A stretch of 64,000 nt of DNA from an uncultured Bacilli bacterium (lineage in GTDB: Bacteria > Bacillota_I > Bacilli_A > RFN20 > CAG-449): positions 17,444 through 81,443 of the forward strand of contig CANQWG010000002.1 in assembly GCA_947627505.1 (NCBI GenBank). Direction: 5' to 3'. The first letter of the stretch is position 1, and each line of letters starts with the position of its first letter. The notes beneath the pieces were generated by a model. That model saw only the letters and a list, made by a program, of their open reading frames with translations. It made no database searches and was not told the DNA's origin. Positions 28,998 to 37,696 of the stretch are shown in pieces. The position numbers and the translations under genes are program-made.

Positions 28998-31097
28998 TTA
29001 CTTTTTAGTAAATGTGATCGTCGTCGATTCGTCACTCATGGCCGTGATTGTAAAAGTCCACTTTAAATCTTTGCCATCATTGAATTTGAAATCCTCAAAT
29101 TTAGTAACTCCGAAATCATCGTTCAACTTGAATAAACTGCTGTTTGTAGCGGGTTGATCGCGGAAGAAACTATTTGATTCATCAGCCTCCAGTAAATGCA
29201 ATTTACGGAATCCGTCATAGTTTTCTCTCGTTGTCGAGTTTTCGTGAGCAAAACCTAAGCCTTGTCCGTCTGCAAGTCCAAAGACGACTTGATCAGTATA
29301 TCTTCCGAGTTCATAGCTGTTTGATTGAGAATTAGCTCTTAAAATCGCCAATCGTGAATCGACATGATAAATTTTAATGCCAATAGTATCCATCGCCTTA
29401 AAATTGTATTTGGCATATGGAACTTCAGAATCAAGTTGATTGAGACCGGTCGGTGTATAAAATTCAATCATCAGATATTCTGCAAACGGGTTATCTTTAA
29501 AGCTTTCATTTGGAACTAAAATGCAATCGCCACTTGATTCAAATGGTCTAATAGTCAATGATGTGGTATTATCTTTGACCACTTGAGGTTCAACCCAATT
29601 CAAGAGGAATTTCGAATAAGCATTATGATCCACGATATTGTTGTCCATCATATCGACTTTTCCAGCCGGACTATACATATCGTTGCGTCCGTCACGATCG
29701 TAGTTGTAATAATCCGGAAGTCCTAAAATATGTCCGGTTTCATGAATGAAAGTGTGCGCATCGGGTTTATCATATCCGCCTTCATACATGAAGTCATATG
29801 AAGCCCAACCATAACAATAAGCATTTGGCGAAGAGAAATTAGGTTGCACCGTGTAGTCACGATGGACAAATGCCCAATATAGATCGCTTGGTAAATGGGT
29901 ATTATCGCTATTATCGGAACATACTCCTGTTTTTGAATAGTTACAGTTATTTTGTGCATAAACCATCCACACAGAATCAATGTAACCATCACCATCAGAA
30001 TCGTAATCGTCGATATCATCGTATGTTTGTTTATACCATTCAATCGATTCGCGAAGAGCAAACCACGAGTTATTTCCATAATTCATATGGAGCAATTCGC
30101 TGGTGGTGCAAGGTAAAGTGAAAGGTTTAGTGACACGACCGGTAATATTCAAATAGCCGTAACTTGACTTATAATAAAATGACGATACCGATTCCCAACC
30201 AACTTCATCTTCAGTTCCGAAGAAACTCGCTTCGATATCGTGACGAGCTTGATCTTCGTCTTCAAATTTAACGTCTTGGAATTGAATCGGAATAACTAGC
30301 AATTTTCTTTCGCCGGTCGATTTTAAACTTAAAGATTTGCTGGCATTTGAATAGTCTTCTAAAGTCGAGCCGGTAGCTACAGTTCTTTCCGGAACCGCTT
30401 TTTCAACATTATTAACCATCGATACATTAGAAACATAGTCATCATCATCTACGATGAGGGATTCACTTCCCGCGCCAGAATAAATCTTAACTTTTCCGAT
30501 TCCGATGTTTAAACCGAAAGTTGAAGCTTTTTTAGCGTAGATAATTTTAACAAATTTTATAGTCTTTCCTTCGTTTGGAAGATCAAAGACAACATTGCCA
30601 CGATCGGTAGAATTAGGGAATTGTTCACTGTGAGTCAACGATTGTTCACTGATAACATTTTTATCGGCATCCAAAGCTTGAACCGTAAATAAAAGTTCTC
30701 CTTGTTTCATCACACGTTCAGTGCCATTTAACGCGAGGAAGATGGCGACATGAATGTTGCAATCAGCGGAAAATTCTTTACTTATAAGATAATCGCCACT
30801 GCGATTCATCTTTAACATTTTAGTTCCGACACTGACATTATCGTTATCGTAAAACGTAAACTTTTTGGAATATTCCCAACCATCAGGAGCATCTACTTGG
30901 TCATAAAATTTTTGCTCGACATATGTTTTATCGGGACCTTCACTTAAGGTTGGTGAAGAACTCGTCACTGAATCCGTTAAGGATGTAGAATCTTGACTAG
31001 AATTATTGTTTTCTTCTCCATTATTACAACTTACCATCGCTGAAGTCGTAAATGAGAGTAAAGCCAATAAAACTAATAATTTGTGTTTTTTCATCAT
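28998..31097 (-). CDS. secreted zinc metalloprotease lipoprotein, paralog 3, with an N-terminal accessory domain
   Basis: Signal peptide and lipobox AMVSC. Motif FIHETGHILGLPDYYNYD. Same conserved core blocks as paralogs 1 and 2. Confidence 0.75.
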   Translation of the reverse strand: MMKKHKLLVLLALLSFTTSAMVSCNNGEENNNSSQDSTSLTDSVTSSSPTLSEGPDKTYVEQKFYDQVDAPDGWEYSKKFTFYDNDNVSVGTKMLKMNRSGDYLISKEFSADCNIHVAIFLALNGTERVMKQGELLFTVQALDADKNVISEQSLTHSEQFPNSTDRGNVVFDLPNEGKTIKFVKIIYAKKASTFGLNIGIGKVKIYSGAGSESLIVDDDDYVSNVSMVNNVEKAVPERTVATGSTLEDYSNASKSLSLKSTGERKLLVIPIQFQDVKFEDEDQARHDIEASFFGTEDEVGWESVSSFYYKSSYGYLNITGRVTKPFTLPCTTSELLHMNYGNNSWFALRESIEWYKQTYDDIDDYDSDGDGYIDSVWMVYAQNNCNYSKTGVCSDNSDNTHLPSDLYWAFVHRDYTVQPNFSSPNAYCYGWASYDFMYEGGYDKPDAHTFIHETGHILGLPDYYNYDRDGRNDMYSPAGKVDMMDNNIVDHNAYSKFLLNWVEPQVVKDNTTSLTIRPFESSGDCILVPNESFKDNPFAEYLMIEFYTPTGLNQLDSEVPYAKYNFKAMDTIGIKIYHVDSRLAILRANSQSNSYELGRYTDQVVFGLADGQGLGFAHENSTTRENYDGFRKLHLLEADESNSFFRDQPATNSSLFKLNDDFGVTKFEDFKFNDGKDLKWTFTITAMSDESTTITFTKK

Positions 31098-31217
31098 TTA
31101 ACACCTCTCTTTTTTAGTTATTATATGGATTAAGTTTTATAAATGCAAATAAATTACTTAATTTTATGATTTTACTATTCATAATACTCAAATTCAAAAA
31201 CAACATTTCAATATCAA

Positions 31218-33008
31218 TTAATTTAATGTCGGCACTCCATTTTCATAATGCCATTCATTACCCCAATAAACTGGTCTATCGCTATAATTCCAATTACTAG
31301 ACCATCCATTTGGCTTTGATGATGCTTCACAATAGATAATTAATGAATTGCACCAATAGAATGCGTTATTTCCTATACTTGTGACACTACTTGGAATAGT
31401 GATACTTGTTAAGAATCTGCAATAAAAGAATGCACCACCTCCGATGCTTGTGACACTATTTGGAATGGTGATATTTGTTAAGGAACTACATCCACTAAAC
31501 GCATAGTCTCCGATACTTTCTAATTTACTATTTGGTTCAAAAGTTACACTCTGTAATTGGTCACAATAATGGAATGCATGTTCTCCGATACTTGTGACAC
31601 TACTTGGAATAGTGATACTTGTTAAGAATCCGCAATAAAAGAATGCACTACCTCCGATGCTTGTGACATCATAGGTTTTTCCTTTAAATTCTATTGTAGT
31701 TGGTATTTCTACATTTGTTGATGTTCCAACATATCTTGTTACTACTGCTTCTTCATCGATTATTACATATTGGATACCATCTTTTTCAGTAAAATTATTT
31801 TCATTAATTCCCCAGTAAACTGGTCTATTGCTATAATTCCAATCACTATCCCATCCACTTGGTTTTGATGATGCTTCACAATAGATGGTTAATGAATGAC
31901 AATAACGGAATGCATCTTCTCCGATACTTGTGACACTACTTGGAATAGTGATACTTGTTAAGAATCTGCAATAAAAGAATGCACTACCTCCGATGCTTGT
32001 GACATCATAGGTTTTTCCATTAAATTCTATTGTAGTTGGTATTTCTACATTTGTTGATGTTCCTACATATCTTGTTATTACTGCTTCTTCATTGATAATT
32101 ACATATTGGATACCATCTTTTTCAATAAAATTAATTTCATTAATTCCCCAGTAAACTGGTATATAGCGAGAATTCCAGTTATCATAATTCCAATAATCAT
32201 CCCATCCACTTGGCCTTACTGATACTTCACAATAGATGGTTAATGAACTACATCCATAGAATGCATAGTTTCCTATATTTGTAACACTACTTGGAATGGT
32301 GATACTTGTTAAAGAATAACACCGATAGAACGCAGCCACACCGATATTTTTTAATTTATTATTTGGTTCAAAAGTTACACTTTGTAATTGAATACAATTT
32401 TCGAATGCATCTTCTCCTATACTTGTGACATTACTTGGAATGGTGATACTTGTTAAGGAACTACAATTCTTGAATGCATATCCCCCTATACTTTCCAATT
32501 TACTATTTGGTTCAAAAGTTACACTTTGTAATTGAGTACAATATCTGAATGCACTTTCTCCTATACTTGTGACACTACTTGGAATCGTGATACTTTCTAA
32601 GGAACTACAACCATCGAATGCACTATATTCTATACTTTTGACACTATCTGGAATAGTGATACTCGTTAATGAATTACAACTAGAGAATGCAGAATCCCCG
32701 ATACGCACTAATACATATATCACATTATCAATAGTTAATTGTCTTGGTAAATCTATTTCTTCTGCTTTTTTATCTTTGACGCCGGTAACAGTATATGTAT
32801 GATTTTCTTCATCTAAAGTATATGTAATATTCAATGCTTCCAAATATGGATCGTTTGATGAACTATCATCCGTCGATGATGATTCCTCTGATGACGTTGT
32901 CGCTGATGATGAAGATGATGAATCATTTGTCCCACCGCCACAGCCACATAAGGTAGTCATCGCCATCAGTAATGCTGATAGAATCCTTATACCATTTGAT
33001 ATTTTCAT
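31218..33008 (-). CDS. BspA-type leucine-rich-repeat (LRR_5-like) surface lipoprotein, paralog 1
   Basis: Lipobox TTLCGC with a Ser/Asp-rich linker. About 20 repeats of the form SLTSITIPSSVTSIGExAFxxC. The C-terminus EWHYENGVPTLN is shared by all three paralogs. It has two internal ~110-aa direct repeats. Confidence 0.8.
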   Translation of the reverse strand: MKISNGIRILSALLMAMTTLCGCGGGTNDSSSSSSATTSSEESSSTDDSSSNDPYLEALNITYTLDEENHTYTVTGVKDKKAEEIDLPRQLTIDNVIYVLVRIGDSAFSSCNSLTSITIPDSVKSIEYSAFDGCSSLESITIPSSVTSIGESAFRYCTQLQSVTFEPNSKLESIGGYAFKNCSSLTSITIPSNVTSIGEDAFENCIQLQSVTFEPNNKLKNIGVAAFYRCYSLTSITIPSSVTNIGNYAFYGCSSLTIYCEVSVRPSGWDDYWNYDNWNSRYIPVYWGINEINFIEKDGIQYVIINEEAVITRYVGTSTNVEIPTTIEFNGKTYDVTSIGGSAFFYCRFLTSITIPSSVTSIGEDAFRYCHSLTIYCEASSKPSGWDSDWNYSNRPVYWGINENNFTEKDGIQYVIIDEEAVVTRYVGTSTNVEIPTTIEFKGKTYDVTSIGGSAFFYCGFLTSITIPSSVTSIGEHAFHYCDQLQSVTFEPNSKLESIGDYAFSGCSSLTNITIPNSVTSIGGGAFFYCRFLTSITIPSSVTSIGNNAFYWCNSLIIYCEASSKPNGWSSNWNYSDRPVYWGNEWHYENGVPTLN

Positions 33009-33366
33009 TTTTTACTCCCCTCCCTGTTTTATAATTCAAAAACAGTAATTTTTTCTTTTTTTAATTATATCATTATTTGCATATCTACAAATAGATTAAC
33101 TATATATTTCCATACTTTTGCTAAGTGACAAAGTTAACGCAACATAAAGGATTTATTGACAAAAAAACGATTTGAAAAATCAATTCGCATCTTATAATAA
33201 ATAACGGATATGCTGTTAGAAAATATATTTCATAGAAAAAATACACTTCTTAATAATCTATGCCATTAAAGAGATTTATGTTGTTATAAAAAATTAAACA
33301 TTATTTAAATCTTTGGAAAGTGAAATCACAGATTACTTTCCCAGTTGTTATATCGAAGTCATTGAT

Positions 33367-33549
33367 ATGAAATGCTTAGATTGTGATTACGAGGAGGAAG
33401 TTGAAGCAGACATACTTTTAGAATGCTTTGAAATGACTAATGATGACTTCCCTTCTTGTATTTGTGTTAATTGTAATGGTGATAATCTTGTCCCTAAAGA
33501 TGTTTATGATCAAATTAAAGGCAATTTTATCTATAAACTTAAAAAATAA
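33367..33549 (+). CDS. possible small Cys-rich zinc-ribbon protein (60 aa from an internal ATG; the track ORF starts at a TTG at 33313)
   Basis: Two Cys pairs (CLDCD and CICVNCNG). No convincing RBS. Sits alone on the + strand between LRR paralogs. Confidence 0.3.
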   Translation: MKCLDCDYEEEVEADILLECFEMTNDDFPSCICVNCNGDNLVPKDVYDQIKGNFIYKLKK

Positions 33550-33616
33550 TTATTTTCTTTTCTTCTTTTTCCCTTATTTTTTTTATTTCGTTATTAAATA
33601 CAATTTCCTATATAAT

Positions 33617-33662
33617 GAAAAAAGATATGGCCTTAAATATAACGCTAAAACCATATCTTTAG
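33617..33662 (-). terminator. hairpin terminator downstream of LRR paralog 2
   Basis: 10-bp stem AAAGATATGG/CCATATCTTT with flanking A and T runs. Confidence 0.5.
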
Positions 33663-33728
33663 ATAAATTTCAAAAATTGTTTTCTTTCTAATTTATACTC
33701 AAATTCAAAATCAACATTAACATATCAA

Positions 33729-35108
33729 TTAATTTAATGTCGGCACTCCGTTTTCATAATGCCATTCATTCCCCCAGTAAACTGGTCTATTACTAAAATT
33801 CCAATAATCATCCCATCCACTTGGTTTTTCTGATACTTCACAATAGATGGTTAAGGAATTGCAACTTTCAAATACCCGCCCGCCAACAGTTGTAACACTA
33901 TTTGGAATGGTGATACTTGCGGTACTACATCCGTAGAAAGCATAGTTTCCTATACTTGTGACACTATCTGGAATGGTGATAATTAAGGCACTACATCTGT
34001 AGAAAGCATTATCTCCTATACTTGTTACATCATATGTATTTCCATTGATTTCTATTGTTGTCGGTATTACTACATTTGTTGATGTTCCGATATATCTTGT
34101 TACTACTGCTTCTTCATCGACAATCACATATTGGATACCATCTTTTTCAATAAAATTATTTTCATTAATGCCCCAATAAACTGGATTATTATACCAAGCA
34201 GCACTATCCCATTTACTTGGTTTTTCTGATACTTCACAATAGATGGTTAGGGAATAACAACTGAAGAATGCATTATATCCTATACTTGTGACACTATTTG
34301 GAATGATGATACTTATTAAAGAAGTACACCGATAGAATGCACCTCCACTTATACTTTCCAACTTACTATTTGGTTCAAAAGTTACATGTTGTAATTGAGT
34401 ACAATTATTGAATGCACTACCTCCGATACTTGTGACACTATTTGGAATGACGATACTTGTTAAAGAACTACATTCATAGAATGCATCTGCAGGTATACTA
34501 GTTCCACCTAATATAATTATGGTTTTTAATGATTCTGGAACATAGGTAGAATTATCTTCATATGTGGTTGCTCCAAAATAATACCCTAAATATGTATCTA
34601 TAAATGGTAAAGTTAAACTTTCTAAGGAATTACAACCTTCGAATGCACTTTCTCCGATACTTGTGACACTATCTGGAATAGTGATATTTGTTAAGGAACT
34701 ACAACTAGAAAATGCAGAATCCCCGATACGCACTAATACATATATCACATTATCAATAGTCAATTCTCTTGGTAAATCGATATCTTCTGCTTGTTTATCT
34801 TTGACGCCGGTAACAATATATGTATGATTTTCTTCATCTAAGGTATATGTAATATTCAATTCCTCTAAATAGGGATCATTCGATGAACTGTTATCCGTCG
34901 ATGAGGATTCCTCTGATGACGTCGTAGCTGACGATAAAGATGATAAATAATTCGATGAAGATGACGTAACATTCGATGAAGACTCCTCTGATGACATCGT
35001 CGCTGACGATGAAGGTGATGAATCATTTGTCCCACCGGCACAGCCACATAAGGTAGTCATCGCCATCAGTAATGCCGATAGAATCCTTATACCATTTGCT
35101 TTTTTCAT
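33729..35108 (-). CDS. BspA-type LRR surface lipoprotein, paralog 2
   Basis: The first ~25 codons and the last ~12 codons are identical to paralogs 1 and 3. LRR_5-like repeats fill the body. Confidence 0.8.
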   Translation of the reverse strand: MKKANGIRILSALLMAMTTLCGCAGGTNDSSPSSSATMSSEESSSNVTSSSSNYLSSLSSATTSSEESSSTDNSSSNDPYLEELNITYTLDEENHTYIVTGVKDKQAEDIDLPRELTIDNVIYVLVRIGDSAFSSCSSLTNITIPDSVTSIGESAFEGCNSLESLTLPFIDTYLGYYFGATTYEDNSTYVPESLKTIIILGGTSIPADAFYECSSLTSIVIPNSVTSIGGSAFNNCTQLQHVTFEPNSKLESISGGAFYRCTSLISIIIPNSVTSIGYNAFFSCYSLTIYCEVSEKPSKWDSAAWYNNPVYWGINENNFIEKDGIQYVIVDEEAVVTRYIGTSTNVVIPTTIEINGNTYDVTSIGDNAFYRCSALIITIPDSVTSIGNYAFYGCSTASITIPNSVTTVGGRVFESCNSLTIYCEVSEKPSGWDDYWNFSNRPVYWGNEWHYENGVPTLN

Positions 35109-35389
35109 GCTTTCCTCCTTAAATATTTACTTACTTAATATGAAAATAAGCTTAATGTTAATTTTATTCTTTAAACCGTTAAAAAAGCGTTTAAAATTTA
35201 TTTGCTTTTTTAACATTAATTAAATTTTTATTTTGACTTCAAATTAAAAAAAATACATTTGAACTTCTTGTTGATTATTTCAAGGTTCTTATGTATTCTT
35301 CGTGGCTTCTTCCATTGCTTTATGATTATTTTATGCTCAACCATTGACCAAACGTATCTAAAAATTTTTTCATATTTCCAATTCTAAAT

Positions 35390-35545
35390 AATTAATCCAA
35401 CCCTTAATAATTTGATTTACTTGCAGTTCCACTTCTTTCACCCATAGCATTACTGCTAACGGCTTGTGGTTCGCTACACTTGGCGATAAATACCCGTGGT
35501 TGCCTTCATTTCCAACTAGATTAATATCATGCCCGACACACTAAA
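35390..35545 (-). pseudogene. C-terminal remnant of an unidentified gene (translation ...GHDINLVGNEGNHGYLSPSVANHKPLAVMLWVKEVELQVNQIIKGWINYLELEI*) with no start codon
   Basis: A protein-like reading frame of ~55 codons bounded upstream by an in-frame TAG directly adjacent to a duplicated terminator copy. It lies between two LRR cassettes. Confidence 0.35.
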
Positions 35546-35548
35546 AAA

Positions 35549-35575
35549 GGTCAACCTATATAAACTTTGTTGACC
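35549..35575 (-). terminator. terminator downstream of LRR paralog 3 (a copy of the obg terminator)
   Basis: Hairpin GGTCAAC-(13 nt)-GTTGACC preceded by A6. Nearly identical to 37603-37641. Confidence 0.6.
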
Positions 35576-35620
35576 TCTTTCATGGTTAATTCTAAAGTTG
35601 CGTTAACATTGTAAAGTCCG

Positions 35621-37471
35621 TTAATTTAACGTCGGCACTCCATTTTCATCGTAATGCCATTCTTCTCCCCAGTAAACTGGTCTATCATTAGAATTCCAAT
35701 GATCATTCCAATCACTTGGTTTTGATGATGCTTCACAATAGATGGTTAAGGAGTCACATACGGAGAAAGCAGAACTTCCTATACTTGTGACACTATCTGG
35801 AATCACAATACTTTCTAAAGAAGTACATCTAACGAATGCATATAGCGCTATACTTGTGACACTATTTGAAATCACAATACTTGTTAAGGAACTACATTTT
35901 TCAAATGCTTCCTCTCCGATACTTGTGACATCATACGCAATTTCATTAATTTCTATAGTAGTCGGTATTTCTACATTTGTTGATGTTCCGACATATCTTG
36001 TTACTACTGCTTTTTCATTGACAATCACATATTGGATACCATCTTTTTCAATAAAATTATTTTCATTAATCCCCCAGTAAACTATTCCGCCATAGTAATT
36101 CCAATTACTAGCCCATCCGCTTGGTTTTTCTGATGCTTCACAATAGATGGCTGAAGAACTACAATCATAAAATGCTCGCTCTCTAATAACTGTAACACTA
36201 TTTGGAATGGTAATACTTAAGGCACTGCATCCGTAGAATGCATAGTCTCCGATATATGTAACACTACTTGGAATGGTGATACTTATTAAAGAACTACTTC
36301 TATCGAAGGCCCATTTTTCGATATTTATGACATCATATGTATTTTCATTAATTTCTATTGTTGTCGGTATTTCTAGATTTGTTGATGTTCCGACATATCT
36401 TGTTACTGATGCTTCTTCATTTCTTATTACATATTGTACACCGTCTTTTTCAATAAAAGTATTTTCATTAATTCCCCAGTAAACCGGTCGACCATGGGAA
36501 TTCCAATCATTCGACTGCTGCTTCCAACCTTCTGGCTCTTCTAATGCTTCACAATAGATGGTTAAGGAAACACAAGCATAAAATGCCCATTCTCCCATAC
36601 TTGTGACACTACTTGGAATGATGATGCTTTCTAAAGCACTACAATTATAGAATGCATATCTCTCTATACTTATGATATCACTTGGAATTGTAACACTCTT
36701 TAAAAAGCTGCAGTCAGAGAATGCATTTACAGGGATACTTGTTCCACCTAATATAATTATGGTTTTTAATGATTCTGGAACATAGTGAGCATTGGAACTA
36801 TACATTGATGCTCCAAAATAATAACTTATATATGTATCTATAAATGGTAAAGTTAAACTTTCTAAGGAATTACAACCTTCGAATGCACTTTCTCCGATAA
36901 TTGTGACACTACTTGGAATGCTGATCATTATTAAGGAACTACAATCCTTGAATGCATATCCCCCTATACTTTCCAATTTACTATTTGGTTCAAAAGTCAC
37001 ACTTTGTAATTGAGTACAATTTTCAAAGGCCAATTCCCCGATACTTGTGACACTACTTGGAATAGTGATACTTGTTAAGGAACTACAATTAGAGAATGCA
37101 GAATCCCCGATACGCACTAATACATATATCACATTATCAATAGTCAATTCTCTTGACAAATCGATATCTTCTGCTTGTTTATCTTTGACGCCGGTAACAG
37201 TATATGTATGATTTTCTTCATCTAAAGTATATGTAATATTCAATGCCTCCAAATATGGATCGCTCGATGAACTATCATCCGCCGATGATGATTCCTCTGA
37301 TGACGTTGTCGCTGACGATGAAGCTGACGTATCATTCGATGAGGATTTCTCTAATGACATCGTCGCTGACGATGAAGATGATGAATCATTTGTCGCACCA
37401 CTACAGCCACATAAGGTAGTCATCGCCACTAGTAATGCCGAAAGAATCTTTATACCATTTGCTTTTTTCAT
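35621..37471 (-). CDS. BspA-type LRR surface lipoprotein, paralog 3
   Basis: Lipobox TTLCGC. LRR_5-like repeats. Conserved C-terminus WHYDENGVPTLN. Confidence 0.8.
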   Translation of the reverse strand: MKKANGIKILSALLVAMTTLCGCSGATNDSSSSSSATMSLEKSSSNDTSASSSATTSSEESSSADDSSSSDPYLEALNITYTLDEENHTYTVTGVKDKQAEDIDLSRELTIDNVIYVLVRIGDSAFSNCSSLTSITIPSSVTSIGELAFENCTQLQSVTFEPNSKLESIGGYAFKDCSSLIMISIPSSVTIIGESAFEGCNSLESLTLPFIDTYISYYFGASMYSSNAHYVPESLKTIIILGGTSIPVNAFSDCSFLKSVTIPSDIISIERYAFYNCSALESIIIPSSVTSMGEWAFYACVSLTIYCEALEEPEGWKQQSNDWNSHGRPVYWGINENTFIEKDGVQYVIRNEEASVTRYVGTSTNLEIPTTIEINENTYDVINIEKWAFDRSSSLISITIPSSVTYIGDYAFYGCSALSITIPNSVTVIRERAFYDCSSSAIYCEASEKPSGWASNWNYYGGIVYWGINENNFIEKDGIQYVIVNEKAVVTRYVGTSTNVEIPTTIEINEIAYDVTSIGEEAFEKCSSLTSIVISNSVTSIALYAFVRCTSLESIVIPDSVTSIGSSAFSVCDSLTIYCEASSKPSDWNDHWNSNDRPVYWGEEWHYDENGVPTLN

Positions 37472-37602
37472 GTTTTCCTCCTTAAATATTTACTTACTTA
37501 ATATGAAAATAAGCTTAATGTTAATTTTATTATTCAAACCGTTAAAAAAGCGTTTAAAATTTATTCGCTTTTTTAACATTAATGAAATTTTTATTTTGAC
37601 TA

Positions 37603-37641
37603 AAAAAGGTCAACCTATATAAAATCTTTTGACCTTTTTTT
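37603..37641 (-). terminator. bidirectional rho-independent terminator after obg
   Basis: 12-bp stem AAAAAAGGTCAA/TTGACCTTTTTT. Confidence 0.7.
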
Positions 37642-37696
37642 AGCTAATTCTAAAGTTGCGTTAACATTGTCACTTGACTTATTTTTAATAATCTTA

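Noticed and set aside
31218-37471. Regularly spaced nucleotide repeats inside the LRR genes as a possible CRISPR array
   Set aside because: The repeats are in-frame coding repeats of ~70-120 nt with variable spacing that encode LRR units. There are no short uniform repeats with unique spacers and no cas genes.
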